From: Eledone cirrhosa
Taxonomy: Eukaryota
Length of the DNA stretch: 64,000 nucleotides
Reading direction: 5' to 3'
Assembly: GCA_964016885.1 (NCBI GenBank)
Contig: OZ024761.1
Location: forward strand, 1,302,001 to 1,366,000
In this document: positions 42,870 through 56,896 of the stretch, one piece after another
How the letters are laid out: each line of letters begins with the position of its first letter
Position numbering within the stretch: position 1 is the first letter of the stretch
Made by a program: the position numbers and the translations under genes
Notes under the pieces: model-generated
What the model was told of the DNA's origin: nothing
Database searches by the model: none
The model's input: only the letters and a program-made list of their open reading frames with translations

Positions 42870-43910
42870 CCACCATCCACTCCACCACCATCACCACCGC
42901 AACCACCAACAACGTCACCACCACCACCACCACCATCATCTTCAATTAACACCAACACCACCACCACCATCACCATGGCAAACATCACCACCACCATCAC
43001 CACCATCTTCAATCAACACCAACAACACCACCACCACCACCACCATCACCATCCAACACCATCACCACCACCATCACCACCATCTTCAATCAACACCAAC
43101 AACACCACCACCACCACCATCACCATCAACACAACCACCACCACCACCACCACCATCATCTTCAATTAACACCAACACCACCACCACCATCACCATGGCA
43201 AACATCACCACCACCATCACCACCATCTTCAATCAACACCAACACCACCACCACCACCACCATCACCATCCAACACCATCACCACCACCACCACCATCAC
43301 CATCCAACACCATCACCACCACCACCACCATCACCATCCAACACCATCACCACCACCATCACCACCATCTTCAATCAACACCAACACCACCACCACCACC
43401 ACCATCACCATCCAACACCATCACCACCACCACCACCATCACCATCCAACACCATCACCACCACCATCACCACCATCTTCAATCAACACCAACACCACCA
43501 CCACCACCACCATCACCATCCAACACCATCACCACCACCACCACCATCACCATCCAACACCATCACCACCACCATCACCACCATCTTCAATCAACACCAA
43601 CAACACCACCACCACCACCATCACCATCCAACACCATCACCACCACCATCACCACTACCACCATCAACACCACCACCACTACCACACCACCACCACCACC
43701 ATCACCACCACCACCACTACCACACCACCACTACCACACCACCACCACCACCATCAACACCACCACCACCACCACACCACCACCACCATCACCACCATCA
43801 CCACCACCACCACTACCACATCACCACTACCACCATCAACACCACCACCACTACCACACCACCACCACCACCATCAACACCACCACCACCACCACCACAC
43901 CACCACCACC
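42870..43910. repeat. (CAC/CAT/CAA) compound repeat with higher-order units
   Basis: caccatcttcaatcaacaccaac recurs throughout. Confidence 0.9.
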
Positions 43911-44190
43911 AGTCTAGTCTAGAATATCCTCTCAGCTGTCTACGGTACTTTGGAGGTTCTGTTTCACTGAGATGATTACCTTGTTTACATTGTTGTTGTG
44001 GTTGTTGTTGTTGTTGTTGTGTAACTCCACCCCACCCCTACGGGAAGCGCTGATGAAGCAGACATACACATATATGTGCGCGCACGCACACACACACACG
44101 CACACACATATATATATATAGTTATATACATACACATACTGACATATCTATATATATATATATATAGATATATACATACACATACTGACA

Positions 44191-44226
<36 letters not shown>

Positions 44227-44276
44227 CAAACATGCATATATATATAAATATAAATATATAAATATATATATAAACA

Positions 44277-44335
<59 letters not shown>

Positions 44336-44737
44336 CGAAGGAAATGTGGTAAGGAACCAGGTGGACCATAACGCACCAAAGTACTCAATACTTGAGGTAG
44401 TAGAGTGGGTAATAGGAACCAGTAAGACCCCGACAGCTGAGCTCAAGCCAGAATTAGCCGTCGAAACGGCTTGAGCTCAGCTGTCGGGGTCTTACTGGTT
44501 CCTATATATATATATATATATATCAGAGCAAACATCACGGACGCTCTATCTCAAAATTATTTTTGAAAAGCATTAGAAATGCGCAACAGGTAAAACTTAA
44601 AACCAAAACTGAATACTAACCAATACTATTACTAATCTCACTTATTCCTAATTAAACTATTTTTCACTGTGAACAATTTGTCAGCATTTTCTATTCCGTT
44701 TACCAATATATATATATATATATATACATACTAACAA

Positions 44738-44815
<78 letters not shown>

Positions 44816-45529
44816 ATGCTTTGGGAGGGTCATGTTGCCAATAAGAAACACACGCACCAGTTGCTTTCACTCCAATTTATTATAAATTAAATTTATAAAT
44901 TTAAGAATTTATAAATTTCCGGTAGGTTGGTTGGTTCCATAACCGGACGGTTGTTCATATATTGTCAAAGTTCCTTTCGTCACACATTCTGTGACCTCTT
45001 CAGTGACTGGGGATTCTTTTCTTTGTTTTGTGCCTCTCCTTTGTTCTGTCCTACGCCATCTTGTTTTTGCGTGTGTTGTGTGCTTAGTTTGCGCATGTGT
45101 TACATCCGGGTGTCTGTGTGTGTTTTTATTTGTTTATTTATTTGTTTATTTACATGTTACTGGTTGGTTGTTTGTTCTATGTGTGTGTGTGTTTTCATTT
45201 TGTCCTTAATTGTAAGTTGTGATGTTGCTATTCCATTCATGTTTTCTATTTAATTTTGGTTGGAGTTCATTTATGTTTATTGCCTCTGTGATTTGTCTAA
45301 TCATTGCGCCTTTTCTGTGTGTAGATTCTATTTTTATTTCTATGTTCTCTAATTTGCCCTCCCAAAGCATAACAATATCGGTTATATATATATATATATA
45401 TATATATATCTTTTCTGAATTTGTTTAGCAAGATTCTTTATCTGAAAACGTGTGTTGAAACCGATATTGTTATGCTTTGGGAGGGTCATGTTGCCAATAA
45501 GAAACACACGCACCTAGAGGTGAATTAGC

Positions 45530-45853
45530 TTACAAATTTAGAAGGGCTCTAGATAAACATAAACTTAATATTAAGATAGTAGAAAGACCAGGTACCTCCA
45601 TAAAAATCTTATTAGCAATACATACCCTTTTCAAAGACCTCCCTGTATAGATAAGAAATGCATAATCTGTAAACTAAGCTTAACTGTAAAACTAGAAATG
45701 TAGTATATAGCATAAGATGTACTGAAGGACAACGTAAAGATAAGAATATAGTGTACATAGGTGAGACAGCTCATAGTATAGGAGAACGGTTAAATGAACA
45801 CTGGCGAGAACTTCAAAATGAAAAAGAATCATCAATACTCCACCAACATGCTA
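45530..45853 (+). mobile_element. Penelope-like GIY-YIG endonuclease fragment (Neptune/Nematis-like)
   Basis: CIDKKCIIC..NCKTRNVVYSIRC..VYIGETAHSIGERLNEHWRE..SILHQH. It is preceded by tandem and inverted terminal repeats at 44811, 45357 and 45467. Confidence 0.8.
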
Positions 45854-46212
45854 ATATATATATATATATATATATACAGTGGCGGACTGGGTCTAAAAAT
45901 ATTGCTTGCCAGATGAAGGGGGGCCACCTACATATAGAATACTATCATTTAACTTTTATAACGAATAAATAACATTTTCGAAAAATTCATAAGTGGAAAC
46001 AAAACAGTGCAATCGAATTTTTGCGGAAAAATGTCTTACCTTCTCCAATTATTAAATATTATGTATTTTGCGAAATCCAGAGACTTTCAATAATGACCAG
46101 AAGTCGACCCTAAATATTAGTAATAGCTCTAGGAAAGCCATGAATTAAACCGCATCTTTTAAACTTTGAGTTTGAAAGTAGGTTTATAATTATCAATTTT
46201 TATTATACTTTT

Positions 46213-46438
46213 GTAGCTGTCTCGGTGGCCTAGTTAGAGGAATCATAGGCGGTGAGACCCTGGGCTGAAGTTCGATCCTGCTCGGGAGTAGGGTTCCCAG
46301 TAAACTTTTCCAGGTTTTTGCTATTGGTTGTAAAATAAAAACTGAAAAAGGTTACATGTACCTCTTGACCAGGATTGAATCCAAGGTCAGGATTTCCACC
46401 GTCTCTAGTACCTACCACTAGGCCACAGAGACAACTAC
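46213..46438. other. Convergent pair of tRNA-like heads forming a fold-back
   Basis: Plus strand has tggcctagttag (A box) and gttcgatcc (B box); minus strand has tggcctagtgg and attcaatcc. The termini gtagctgtctc..gagacaactac are inverted. Confidence 0.6.
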
Positions 46439-46619
46439 GAAAATCTTATGAAAATTCATACTTATATTTTTTCAAAACAAAGTGTTGTGGGCATGTTTGT
46501 TTAGGAGTGAAGGAAACACCAATCACAACAGTGTTGCTAACAGCCGTACGAACAGTTTCTCTGCATCCCCATCGCTTTGGAGACCTTACTTTTGGGATTA
46601 CCCTCGTATATATATATAT

Positions 46620-47540
46620 AAAAACATGAGAAGAAAGAAGAATACTGCGTGGTTGCACATGGGTTACATATGATAAAAACAGTCCTTCGTCAGTGATTTT
46701 CCAACCATCATTGGTATTTCATCGCATTAAAAATCAGATACCTCAGGTTGGTGCGAACAATAACTAAAAAAAGTTATTGGGACCAGTAAATCGCATAAAG
46801 CGAGGGGGACAAGTAAACAACATAGAAGGATAAATGCAAACCAAAGATAGGAAAATAAACAAGCAACATGGTTTCCGGTCAGCATAAGCTGGGTGGATTT
46901 CATGAGCGAGAGAGGTACAGACCGTCCGACGTGAGTGAGATGTAAGCAAGAAGAGACCCACTACAAGCCAAACGGGAGGAAGTGAGAAGGGGAGAAACAG
47001 AGAGTGAATGAGTGGAAGTGCGAGGAAGAGGTCAGTCGAGAGAAAGTCTAACTGACAGAGGGGGCGAAAGAAGGTGAGAGAGACAGGGAGAGCGGGGAAG
47101 CAGTAAGAGAGAAACAGACAAACGCAGCCGAGGTAAATATATATAAAAAACATGAGAAGAAAGAAGAATACTGCGTGGTTGCACATGGGTTACATATGAT
47201 AAAAATAGTCCTTCGTCAGTGATTTTCCAACCATCATTGGTATTTCATCGCATTAAAAATCATATACCTCAGGTTGGTGCGAGCAATAACTAAATAAAGT
47301 TATTGGGACCATTAAATCGCGTAAAGCGAGGGGGACAAGTAAACAACATAGAAGGATAAAAGCAAACCAAAGATAGGAAAATAAATAAGCAACATGGTTG
47401 TCCGGTCAGCATAAGCTGGGTGGATTTATATGAGCGAGAGAGGTACAGACCGTCCGACGTGAGTGAGATGTAAGTAAGAAGAGACCCACTACAAGCCAAA
47501 CGGGAGGAAGTGAGAAGGGGAGAAACAGAGAGTGAGTAAA
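46620..47540 (-). mobile_element. ~526-bp unit in ~1.7 tandem copies bounded by (TA)n (pLTR-like)
   Basis: aaaacatgagaagaaagaag occurs at 46621 and ~47147. An opposite-strand relative at 56897-57510 has a ~535-bp period. Confidence 0.75.
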
Positions 47541-47689
47541 TATATATAATAGAAAAGAAAACGAGGAAGTTTCGTTTACATATGAAAAATATTTATACAC
47601 ACTGCCTGTGCATAGAGTGCTTGATTTGGTACTAACACCAGTATTTCACCGTACTACCTACACTATATATATATATTTTTTTTTTCTAG

Positions 47690-48108
47690 GGCTGGTAAAA
47701 TTCCCGAGATCCATGGACGAGTTCTCTCCAGCGGTCTCTGTCCCTCTTTATCGCTGCCATGTCCTGCGTCTCCAACAGACCAGTGTCTGTCCTTAGGGCA
47801 TCAACATACGTTAACCTATGTCTTCCTCTTTCAGTGTGTCCATGTAGGGGCTCCCACAGGAGCACTGAGTGCAATGTCAACTCTGAATGTCGGTGAGCGT
47901 CTCCAGCTAACCTCAGCCTCCTCTGTGTCACTTTTGAGCTGACGTTTGGGAGGCTCCCATACAGCTCTGAGTTTTTCATCCTCAGTGTATACAGATTAAT
48001 GTTCAGAGCCATCCTCGGCATTCTCGTGTAGCACCCATCCACTATCTGAGTGAGTTTCTTGGTCAGTGTCCAAGTCTCAGACCCGTACAGCAGCACAGAC
48101 TCCACTAC
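47690..48108 (-). mobile_element. RTE LINE 3' fragment
   Basis: VVESVLLYGSETWTLT..DGCYTRM.RMALNI..RRLRLAG..GR..LTYVD..DRDRWR. Confidence 0.85.
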
Positions 48109-48160
<52 letters not shown>

Positions 48161-49056
48161 ATGTGTGTGTGTATGCACATACTATATGTGTCATGCCTAA
48201 AACATTCCAGCGCATGGGCCCTCATTTGCTCATAATAGTTAAAGATGGGGAGAGCCGGAGAGACGGAGGTAGTGACAGTGGGAGTTTGGTTCCTTTGTGT
48301 TCGGACCTGGTGCATATATATATATATATATTCTAATTTCCTCTTTTTACCTATTTCTGTCTATCTAAATATCTCTTCTCATACTTCCCTTATTACTTCA
48401 TATCTAACAAGGAAATATTGTTTTCTATGTTGCAGGCCGCCATTGTGTGACGAGAGGCATCACTGGTACCGTCACTGTCTGTCTGTCTCTCTGGCTGTCC
48501 CTCTGTCTCTATCACTCACACCCTCTCTGCCTATTCTCTATCGCCTTTACTTCAACATGGCAACTTTCACGTTATAAATATCTGAAAAAAAGAAGAAAAG
48601 GTGAGTTGTTTGAAGGGAGAGTATAAGAGAAAGAGAGAGTAGATAAATAACAAAAGGGAGAGGGAGAGCGAACGGGTGTAACGGATGAGAAGAGAAGGAG
48701 GATGAGACAGAGGAGAAGAGAAGCTAGGCGTAAGTATTACTGAAGGTGAGGAGTACAGATAGAGAGAGCATCAGAGGGAGAAAAGGTGAAGGAAAAAGTC
48801 AACAAGAAGGGGAGAAAAGGAGGAGGTGAGGCGCAGGAGAAGGAGGAGGAGGAAAGGGAGAAAGTGAAAAGGAAAACAAAAAACAATAGAAGGAGGTAGA
48901 CGATGAGACAGGTTGGCAACGGGCTTCGATTTACGCTAAACGTCTGAGAACATAAAAAAAAAGAACTTTCTCTTTGGAAGGTAAAAATATATTGAAAGAA
49001 GAAGCAAAGCAAAAAAGAACAAAAGTAATAATAAATATAAATAACTATAATCTAAG

Positions 49057-49744
49057 ATGGCCGCTGCAGTTTTCAGCAGACGACATTCGATGGGAACGAC
49101 GACGGCCTACGTTTTACTGGCTTCCTGTATTTGTTTGACCCTGACACAGCCGACAGTTCGACAGATTCGTTTCAGTGGCGACGGATGCTTCGGACGAATT
49201 AAATGGCCACATCACCCGTTCCGCAGGTTTCATCGGGAATGGAAGAACTTGGTAGAATCTGTGTTGGTAGAAGTGAAACGCCAGACGAACGAAAACTACG
49301 AACTACGTCAGGAAGTGGAAGAACTTCGTAACACGAGCGCCCAATATAGGCAACTATTGATGGACATGGCATTTAACGTGGACAGACTCGTAAAAACACT
49401 GGTAGATAAAGAAGAACAACAACAACAACAGCAACAGCAACAAAAGCAACAGCAACAACAATGTTCGTGCGATGTACTCGTCGATAATGCAGAAATTGAA
49501 CCTATATCCAGCGTTACGCTCAGTCCCGTATTCGGGGCCGACGAAGACGGAGTCAAAAAGAAGTCTTCGTCCCGCTATTTTAACCGGATTGTAGAGGACA
49601 ACACCATTCTCACCAATAACTATGGCTCGGGCGGCCATATTATACGTAAAACTAAAATAAATTCAGGTAAAAGCCCAACAACTGATACCTACAACGACGG
49701 ACCTCTTACCAAGCAGTTTTTGATCAATGGATCTTACCCTAGAG
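49057..49744 (+). CDS. First coding exon of a secreted coiled-coil protein, probably fibrinogen-related (FReD; angiopoietin-like/techylectin-like)
   Basis: Non-repetitive ORF with a hydrophobic signal (YVLLASCICLTLT), heptad coiled coil, poly-Q and CSC. It ends at NGSYPR-G|gtattt, a phase-1 donor compatible with the YPRDC start of a FReD domain. No downstream exon was recognised in the window. Confidence 0.7.
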
Positions 49745-49794
49745 GTATTTATACTCACACTATTATTATTGTTATTTTTGTTATTATTATTATT

Positions 49795-50635
49795 AGTGGA
49801 GGGGAAGAGCGACGACGTACTTGGAGAAACTCTAGGCGTCGACGAAAATCAACTAGCCAATCTCTTCGGAAGGACTTTCGGGCCGGGGCCTATGGACAAC
49901 TTCCAGAAATCCCTGGCCTGGCAGTGCTACCGGGGAGCTTTTCCAGTTCGGGATAAACTCTACAGGCACGGAGGTGCCGTCAGCCGGGCATGTCCGAGAT
50001 GCGCACAGGGCGACGAAACCGTCCTGCACGCACTCGTCCAGTATCCGAGCATTGCTGACTTGTGGGTTTATGTCGAACACCTGCTGTCACGTGTAGGACG
50101 GATCCAGCTATCAGCTGAGTCCATCGTGAGGATCGCCCCGCTCTCTTCCTTTAGCCGGGAAGGGCAGGCAGTTTTCATCTGTCTGGTGGCCATGGCGAAA
50201 GAGATAGTATGGTGGACACGTTTGAAAGGGCTGAAGACGAGCACTTACCTCTTCGGTGATGCCCTGATTAACTTTTTCATATTTCATTTGAAAAGGAAAA
50301 TCAGGGTAGAGAGGGAAGTGCTCTCTTCCCAGCATTTTGTTGAAAGATGGGTGAGAGAAGCAAGTATGGCCCGAGTGAATGGGCCTTCTCTGAGTATGTG
50401 TCTGTAAATCAAAGGTGGAAAACTGGGAGAGGGCACTTGCCCTGGTGGTCTTTTAATGGGCTTTCTCCACAAATGTCCCTCGGAAGTCTCCCCCCTATTG
50501 GGGAATTTTTTTTTGTTATTTTATTACATCCTCTGTTTTTTTTACACGTAGAAATGCCCATTTGTACCGTCCTGTATTGTCCTGTACTGTCCTTAATGTC
50601 TACTTTATGTAAACCCTTGTGGTTAATAAAGAAAA

Positions 50636-50676
<41 letters not shown>
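49795..50676 (+). mobile_element. Tx1/L1 LINE 3' fragment in the putative intron
   Basis: CPRCAQGDETVLHAL..WWTRLKGLK..KRKIRVERE, homologous to 15683-15889; aataaa plus (TTA)n tail; inserted in (ATT)n. Confidence 0.85.
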
Positions 50677-50677
<1 letters not shown>

Positions 50678-50781
50678 GTCGTTGTTGTTGTTGTTAATTT
50701 GATATCTCAGTCATTGATGTTATTTAACCGAAAAATTTGGCCAAATGAACATCAAGCCGTTACCTGAAGCTTCAGATATTC

Positions 50782-51760
50782 ATGACTTATCGAAGGGTCC
50801 TTGCTGTTCCCTGTAGCCATGATTTTTTAAGTGGATTAATGTTCTTTAGCCAGCCCTGGAAACCCTTCGAGATAGTACCTAATGCTCTTTTGACGGTGGG
50901 GAGGAATTTGATCTCATGGCAGTCCCAAAGCATTTTCCGTTCCCACTTTAGATCTTGGTACTGGTTAATTTTCTCCTCCTTTTCTTGTACTCTTGTGTCA
51001 AAGGGACAAGCTACATCTATAATCAAGCAAGACCTTTTTTCCTTGTCAAAAATCACCAGGTCAGGCCTATTGTGTTTTTAATTCTTTACCTGTTTGTATC
51101 CTGAAATCCCACAGCATATTCACCCGATCGTTTTCTATCACCGACTCTGGCTTATGCTCATACCACTTCTCAGAGTGGGCTAAATTATTCGGTTTGTATA
51201 AATGCCAGTGGATCACTTTTTCTATGATATCATTCCCCCATCCTTTATAGTAAGCCTGGGCTAGGTGTTTACACTCGGATATGATGTGAGACAGTCCCCC
51301 CTCTCACTCTCTCTCCCTCTATCTCTCTCTCCACAGATCCTACAGAGCGAGCTAGCTTCCTCCTTGTCAATATCATGTTTCATCAACTTTGTTTATTAGG
51401 ACTTGCTCCTGTACAACCAGTAGCATTGCTTCAGAGGCTTTCTTAGGGTCTCCTTTCTTTAACCAGTTCCATGTCTGCGAATCTCTGGATTCTGTTTTTC
51501 TTTTCAAGAATATAGTATGAATGGCTTTTTTATTCAGATTGTTCTTCCTTTCTGTTGTTACTTCTTTCTTGGACATCTCCTGGTCTATTACCCCCTCCTT
51601 AAATGCAACCTTAAGCATTGGCTTGTTACTCTCAGACACATATTTATGTAAACAACTCTTCTTCACGTTGATAAGACCTCTCCCACCTTCAGATATACAG
51701 TATATCAACATCACCCTTCTTATGAAACATACTTTAACCGACTTTTCCCTCCCCACGCTA
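50782..51760 (-). mobile_element. R4/Dong-like LINE 3' fragment
   Basis: EGGRGL..QEQ..RPDLVIFDK..IIDVACPFD..YQDL, decayed. Confidence 0.8.
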
Positions 51761-52036
51761 AAATTGCAGACGATTTCCCTGTAACTATGGAAAGCCTAGA
51801 TTAAATTTCAATAATAGAAATTTCTAGAAACCTTACCGATGTTATCTCTGGTAAATTCTTTATTATTACACCCGTCTCCATTTGGATGTGAAATTTATAT
51901 TTTTCATGTGGTTTCTGATAAGCTTCGAAAGAATCTGATCCTCAAAAACAGGTGGGAACTGGGAGTTCTCGGGTAGATCAGACTGAAACACAGAAAACGT
52001 GTAATTTACGGGGTGAGGTAGGGTTAACTAAAAAAA

Positions 52037-52175
52037 GGTGGCGAATTGGCAGAGTGGTTAGAACGTTGGATAGAATGTTAAGTGGTATTCGTTCTGGCTC
52101 TCTGAGTTCAAATCCCACCCAGGTAAACTTTGCCTTTCGTCCTTTCGTGGTCGATAAAAAAAGTACCAGTCTAAT
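52037..52175 (+). mobile_element. Family 1 SINE
   Basis: tggcagagtgg A box, gttcaaatcc B box and cctttcgtcctttcgtggtcgataaa. Confidence 0.75.
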
Positions 52176-52622
52176 ACTGTGTTGATTCTTCCTCTCTCTC
52201 TGGAAGAAATCTGCTGTACTCAGGCCTGGAGAAGGATGGGCTCAGCCAGGCTTAAAATGCCCAAGAAACGGCGTATGTCAATACGGCACCCCTACGGTTC
52301 TATCAGGAGTTACGGAACCATACATACACGACTAAAAATTCCAGAATGTTTTAAAACTCGTAGTTGTTGAAAACACCAAAATCCGCAGAAAAAATATGAA
52401 CTTCACCTCTAAAGAAGAACAAGTGTAATAATAATAACCCCCCCCCCCCCCCTTAATTTCTTCTGGGGAAATCTGACTGAATCTGAAGTGATTTAAATCG
52501 CTAAAACCAGATTCAAATCTCCCGCTGTGTCGTCACTGAATAAACCTTCAGCTGGTTTTAATTAAAGATAAACTGATCGCAGATAAAGATAAGTTAAAAA
52601 GTATATCAAAACAAACTATATA

Positions 52623-52702
52623 CAGGGTGTCCCCATAAAAATGTATACACACTTTGATTAGAATGTTGTTAAAGTGTGTATACATTTCTGGGAGACACCT
52701 TG
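52623..52702. mobile_element. Tiny Tc1/mariner-type MITE
   Basis: TA|cagggtgtcccc..aaatgtatacacacttt / aaagtgtgtatacattt..gacaccttg|TA; a half copy lies at 13598-13624. Confidence 0.7.
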
Positions 52703-52871
52703 TATATATAAATAAATAGATGACAGGTGACATAGTCCATTTTTTTCTTGCCTCTTGAGCAGGCATGGGCAGTGGGCCGCAGAGGTTGTAGTTCTTCATA
52801 AGGCGGGCCGCACTACTAAAAAAAATCCAAGGACATTTTGAAATTAGTCATGCCAAACGGGCCGCAGTATG

Positions 52872-53136
52872 CAGGGGCAGTGGAACTTTGGGGACACACA
52901 GAAGGGGTTCATGCCCCCTCCCCTCAAAATAATAATATTTTTCTCCCCAAACTACCACAACACACATATGTTTGTATATGCGCTACAATTTATGTACATG
53001 TGTTTATCACATATCGAATTTTTTTTTTATATCTTGGTTGATATTTGATAACAGCTAAGCTATTCACTACAACTAAATTGACTAAATTTAACCACCACCC
53101 CACCCATTCAATTCAGAAATGCTTCCACTGACCCTG
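52872..53136. mobile_element. Small TIR element
   Basis: caggggcagtggaa / ttccactgaccctg, with gtatg on both sides; superfamily uncertain. Confidence 0.45.
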
Positions 53137-53294
53137 GTATGCCCACAACTGCCTTAGAGGTTTATACGACTATTTTTTTTTTTTTTTCTATTTTACTATA
53201 AAACACTCAAACTTGTAAGCTGACTATAAGTCGGAACTTACAGTAAGTTGACTATAAGTTCCAAGCGCCGGACAAGGTGTTTTAGTGGATGACC

Positions 53295-53539
53295 AGCAGT
53301 CACTCTTGCATACCAGTGTACCCTCTCCACGCCACATATGTTGTCCAGGGGAAAAGCAAAGGCCGACACAGCGTGGCACCAGTGACATAGAAACACATTT
53401 CTACAGCTGAGTGAACTGGAGCAACGTGAAATAAAATGTCTTGTTCAAGGATACAACACATTGCTCGGTCCGAGAATCGAAACCACAACCTCACGTTTGT
53501 GAATCCAACGCTCTAACCACTAAGCCACGCGCCTTCACA
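53295..53539 (-). mobile_element. tRNA-derived SINE family 2 variant
   Basis: Head gtgaaggcgcgtggcttagtggttag; the body is shared with 10983-11195. Confidence 0.8.
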
Positions 53540-53972
53540 CTTTACACACAGACACGCACACACATGCACACACACACACATATATAAAATGATGTAAGAT
53601 ATGAAAAACTGACATACATACATACATATATATATTTGTGTGTGTGTGTAAGTGTGTGTGTGTGTGTGTGTTAAGTGTATGAAACTTTATTTCTGATAAA
53701 TATATATGTGTATGTGTGTGTGTAGGTATGTAGGGACCCTAGTTAGGTACCAACCATCCACACTACCCACCTCACCAACTAGCTAGATAGAGCAACTCCG
53801 TGTTTCTGAGGTCGTTGTCAAATTGATAGGGAGTGATATTTCTGGTCAATTTAAGAAGTTCTCTAATACAGTACACATAACCCAATTCCTTTCACTCTAG
53901 GTCTTGTGTATATATGGTATATGTGACGTCTACTAAAAGGCAGTGGGGACCTATTATCTATATGTATGTATG

Positions 53973-54045
<73 letters not shown>

Positions 54046-54148
54046 ACATACATATATATATATATATGTGTGTGTGTGTGTATATTTATATATATATATA
54101 TATATTTATATATTTATGTATATTTATATATATTTATGGATATATGTA

Positions 54149-54205
<57 letters not shown>

Positions 54206-54270
54206 TTATTTATATTTATATATATATATCTGGTTGTGGAACCAACCCACCAACCGGAAATTTATAAATT

Positions 54271-54363
<93 letters not shown>

Positions 54364-54528
54364 ATATATATATATATATTTATGTATATATATATATGTA
54401 TATATATATGTATATATATGTATATATATATGTATGTATATATATTTATGTATATATGTATATATATATATATGTATATATTTATATATATATATATGTA
54501 TATATATTTGTATATATATATATTTATG

Positions 54529-54561
<33 letters not shown>

Positions 54562-54564
54562 GTG

Positions 54565-54642
<78 letters not shown>

Positions 54643-54685
54643 TTTAGTAAGTAAGTCAATTTTTATAATTTTCTTATTTTACGTC

Positions 54686-54759
<74 letters not shown>

Positions 54760-55655
54760 GTATATATATATGTATATATATATATATATATATTTATTAA
54801 AATAACAGATTAAAGTTTAAGGAAAGAATCGCTGCTTTCACCCTTAACGGGATCTTCTGAAACTATATATATATAGAATATGTGTTTAATTATAACATAC
54901 TGATTGTTTATAGAGATAAAGTAAAAAAGCTTGTATACATCGACCTATCTATTTACATAAATATATTCCCTAAATATAGTATATATATGTATGTGTGTGT
55001 GTGTAAGAATATATTTATATATTTATGTGTATATATGCGTAAGAATATATTTATGTATATATATATATGTGTATGAATATATTCATGTATCTATATGTCT
55101 ATGAATATATTTATGTATATATATGAATATATAATTATGTATATATATATGTATACATATGTCTATGAATATATATGTATATATATATCTATGAATATAT
55201 TTATGTATATATATATATGAATATATATATGTATATGAATATATATGTATATATATATATATTTATATATGTATGTATATAATGAAATATATTGTTTATA
55301 TATGTATGTATATATATTAAATGGAATGTGAAATAAAAAGCTGAATCTATCAGAACCAATTTTATATAGGCTGTCGACCCGATAAAGTCTTCCATAAACA
55401 AATACTTTGAAATGAGGACATCGTCTGGCCAAAATGGGCGCCAGGCGTTGACATGTTGTGAGTGCTTTATCAGGCCATGTTGTAAACACTGTGGAGGCTC
55501 TTGGTCGCATTGAAATAAAGACATCTTGTGTTCAAGATGGTCTCCTTGTAAAGATGTAGAGCAAACGGCGGGTATTAAGGCGACAGAGGTATTAATCCCC
55601 AGGGGTTATTAAGCTCCACCACACTAAACCGTATAATGTCCCAAGTACAAATATA

Positions 55656-55835
55656 GTTGTTTCTACTTTTGGCACAAGGCCAGCAATTATCCACTCCATA
55701 AGGATGAAAGGCAAAGTTAACCTCGGCGGGATTTGAACTCAGAATGGCAAGGGCCGTAACTCTATGCGTCAAAGCATGGCGTCCGACCCTCTACCGATAC
55801 TGCCAATCCAGTACAAATATAATGTATTTGTAGTG
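55656..55835 (-). mobile_element. Family 1 SINE sharing 5' flank with the 42353-42480 copy
   Basis: Near-identical reverse complement, including tacaaatac..tatttgtactgg. Confidence 0.75.
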
Positions 55836-56207
55836 TGGTTGAGCTTAATGCCTCCTGGGGCTAATACCCTCGTTTTCCCTATAGCATCTCTTAAGGATGT
55901 TTCTATTTGAGTGAATGTAGCATATGGTGAACACTTTGTTCGCATGGAATAAAGAATAAGGATATCGTATGGGTTATATGGTCTCCCGGCGATGCTCAAT
56001 AGTGAGGGCTTTGTTGTAGCATTTTTGTAAACACCGCTGGGGCTCTTGGGCCCACACGCATGTACATACATATGTACGTACATACACATATACATACATA
56101 CGCAAATACATAAGTACATACATACACAAATACATACATGCATACATGCAGCCATCATATATATATATAAGCAAATATCCGAGCGTCACACATCTGAATC
56201 TGATATA

Positions 56208-56288
<81 letters not shown>

Positions 56289-56332
56289 GTATATATATAT
56301 ATATATATATATACGTATATATATATATATAC

Positions 56333-56405
<73 letters not shown>

Positions 56406-56413
<8 letters not shown>

Positions 56414-56826
56414 ATCAAAAGATGGTTAAAGGAGTTCCATGTATTTTATTATGCGCATTTCAAAAACAAACATCATCATGCAATAATATTTGTGTTTTCA
56501 TCAGATAAAACAGGAGGACATGATATGAAGGCTAAAAAACACCTGTGGATAGTGCAGTTTTAAATCAACATATATGTTGATTTAAAACTGCACTATCCAC
56601 AACTGTTTTTTAGCCTTCATATCATGTCCTCCTGTTTTATCTGATGAAAACACAAATATTATTGCATGATGATGTTTGTTTTTGAAATGCGCATAATAAA
56701 ATACATGGAACTCCTTTAACCATCTTTTGATCTTATATATTATGTATACTCCAGTCCTACAAACTGTAGAGTGCTTCTTATCCGATATCTGCATTGCTTT
56801 ATTGTACTACAATAAAACTCACCTCC

Positions 56827-56829
<3 letters not shown>
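56406..56829. mobile_element. Palindromic element with two opposed HHRs plus 3' tail
   Basis: Arms of ~165 bp, apex tcaacatatatgttga at ~56572. Plus HHR 56634-56702: GUUUUAU-CUGAUGA-AAAC-ACAAAUAUUAUU..GAUGAUGUUUGU-UUUU-GAAA-UGCGCA-UA|AUAAAAU. Confidence 0.85.
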
Positions 56830-56887
<58 letters not shown>

Positions 56888-56896
56888 GTATATAAA

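Noticed and set aside
42706-43917. 403-aa His/Pro/Thr-rich mucin- or extensin-like ORF
   Set aside because: Trinucleotide repeat cycling through frames, with no credible start or splice context.
49745-49956. C-terminal part of the 299-aa ORF
   Set aside because: It lies past a GT donor and runs through (ATT)n into a Tx1 LINE fragment.
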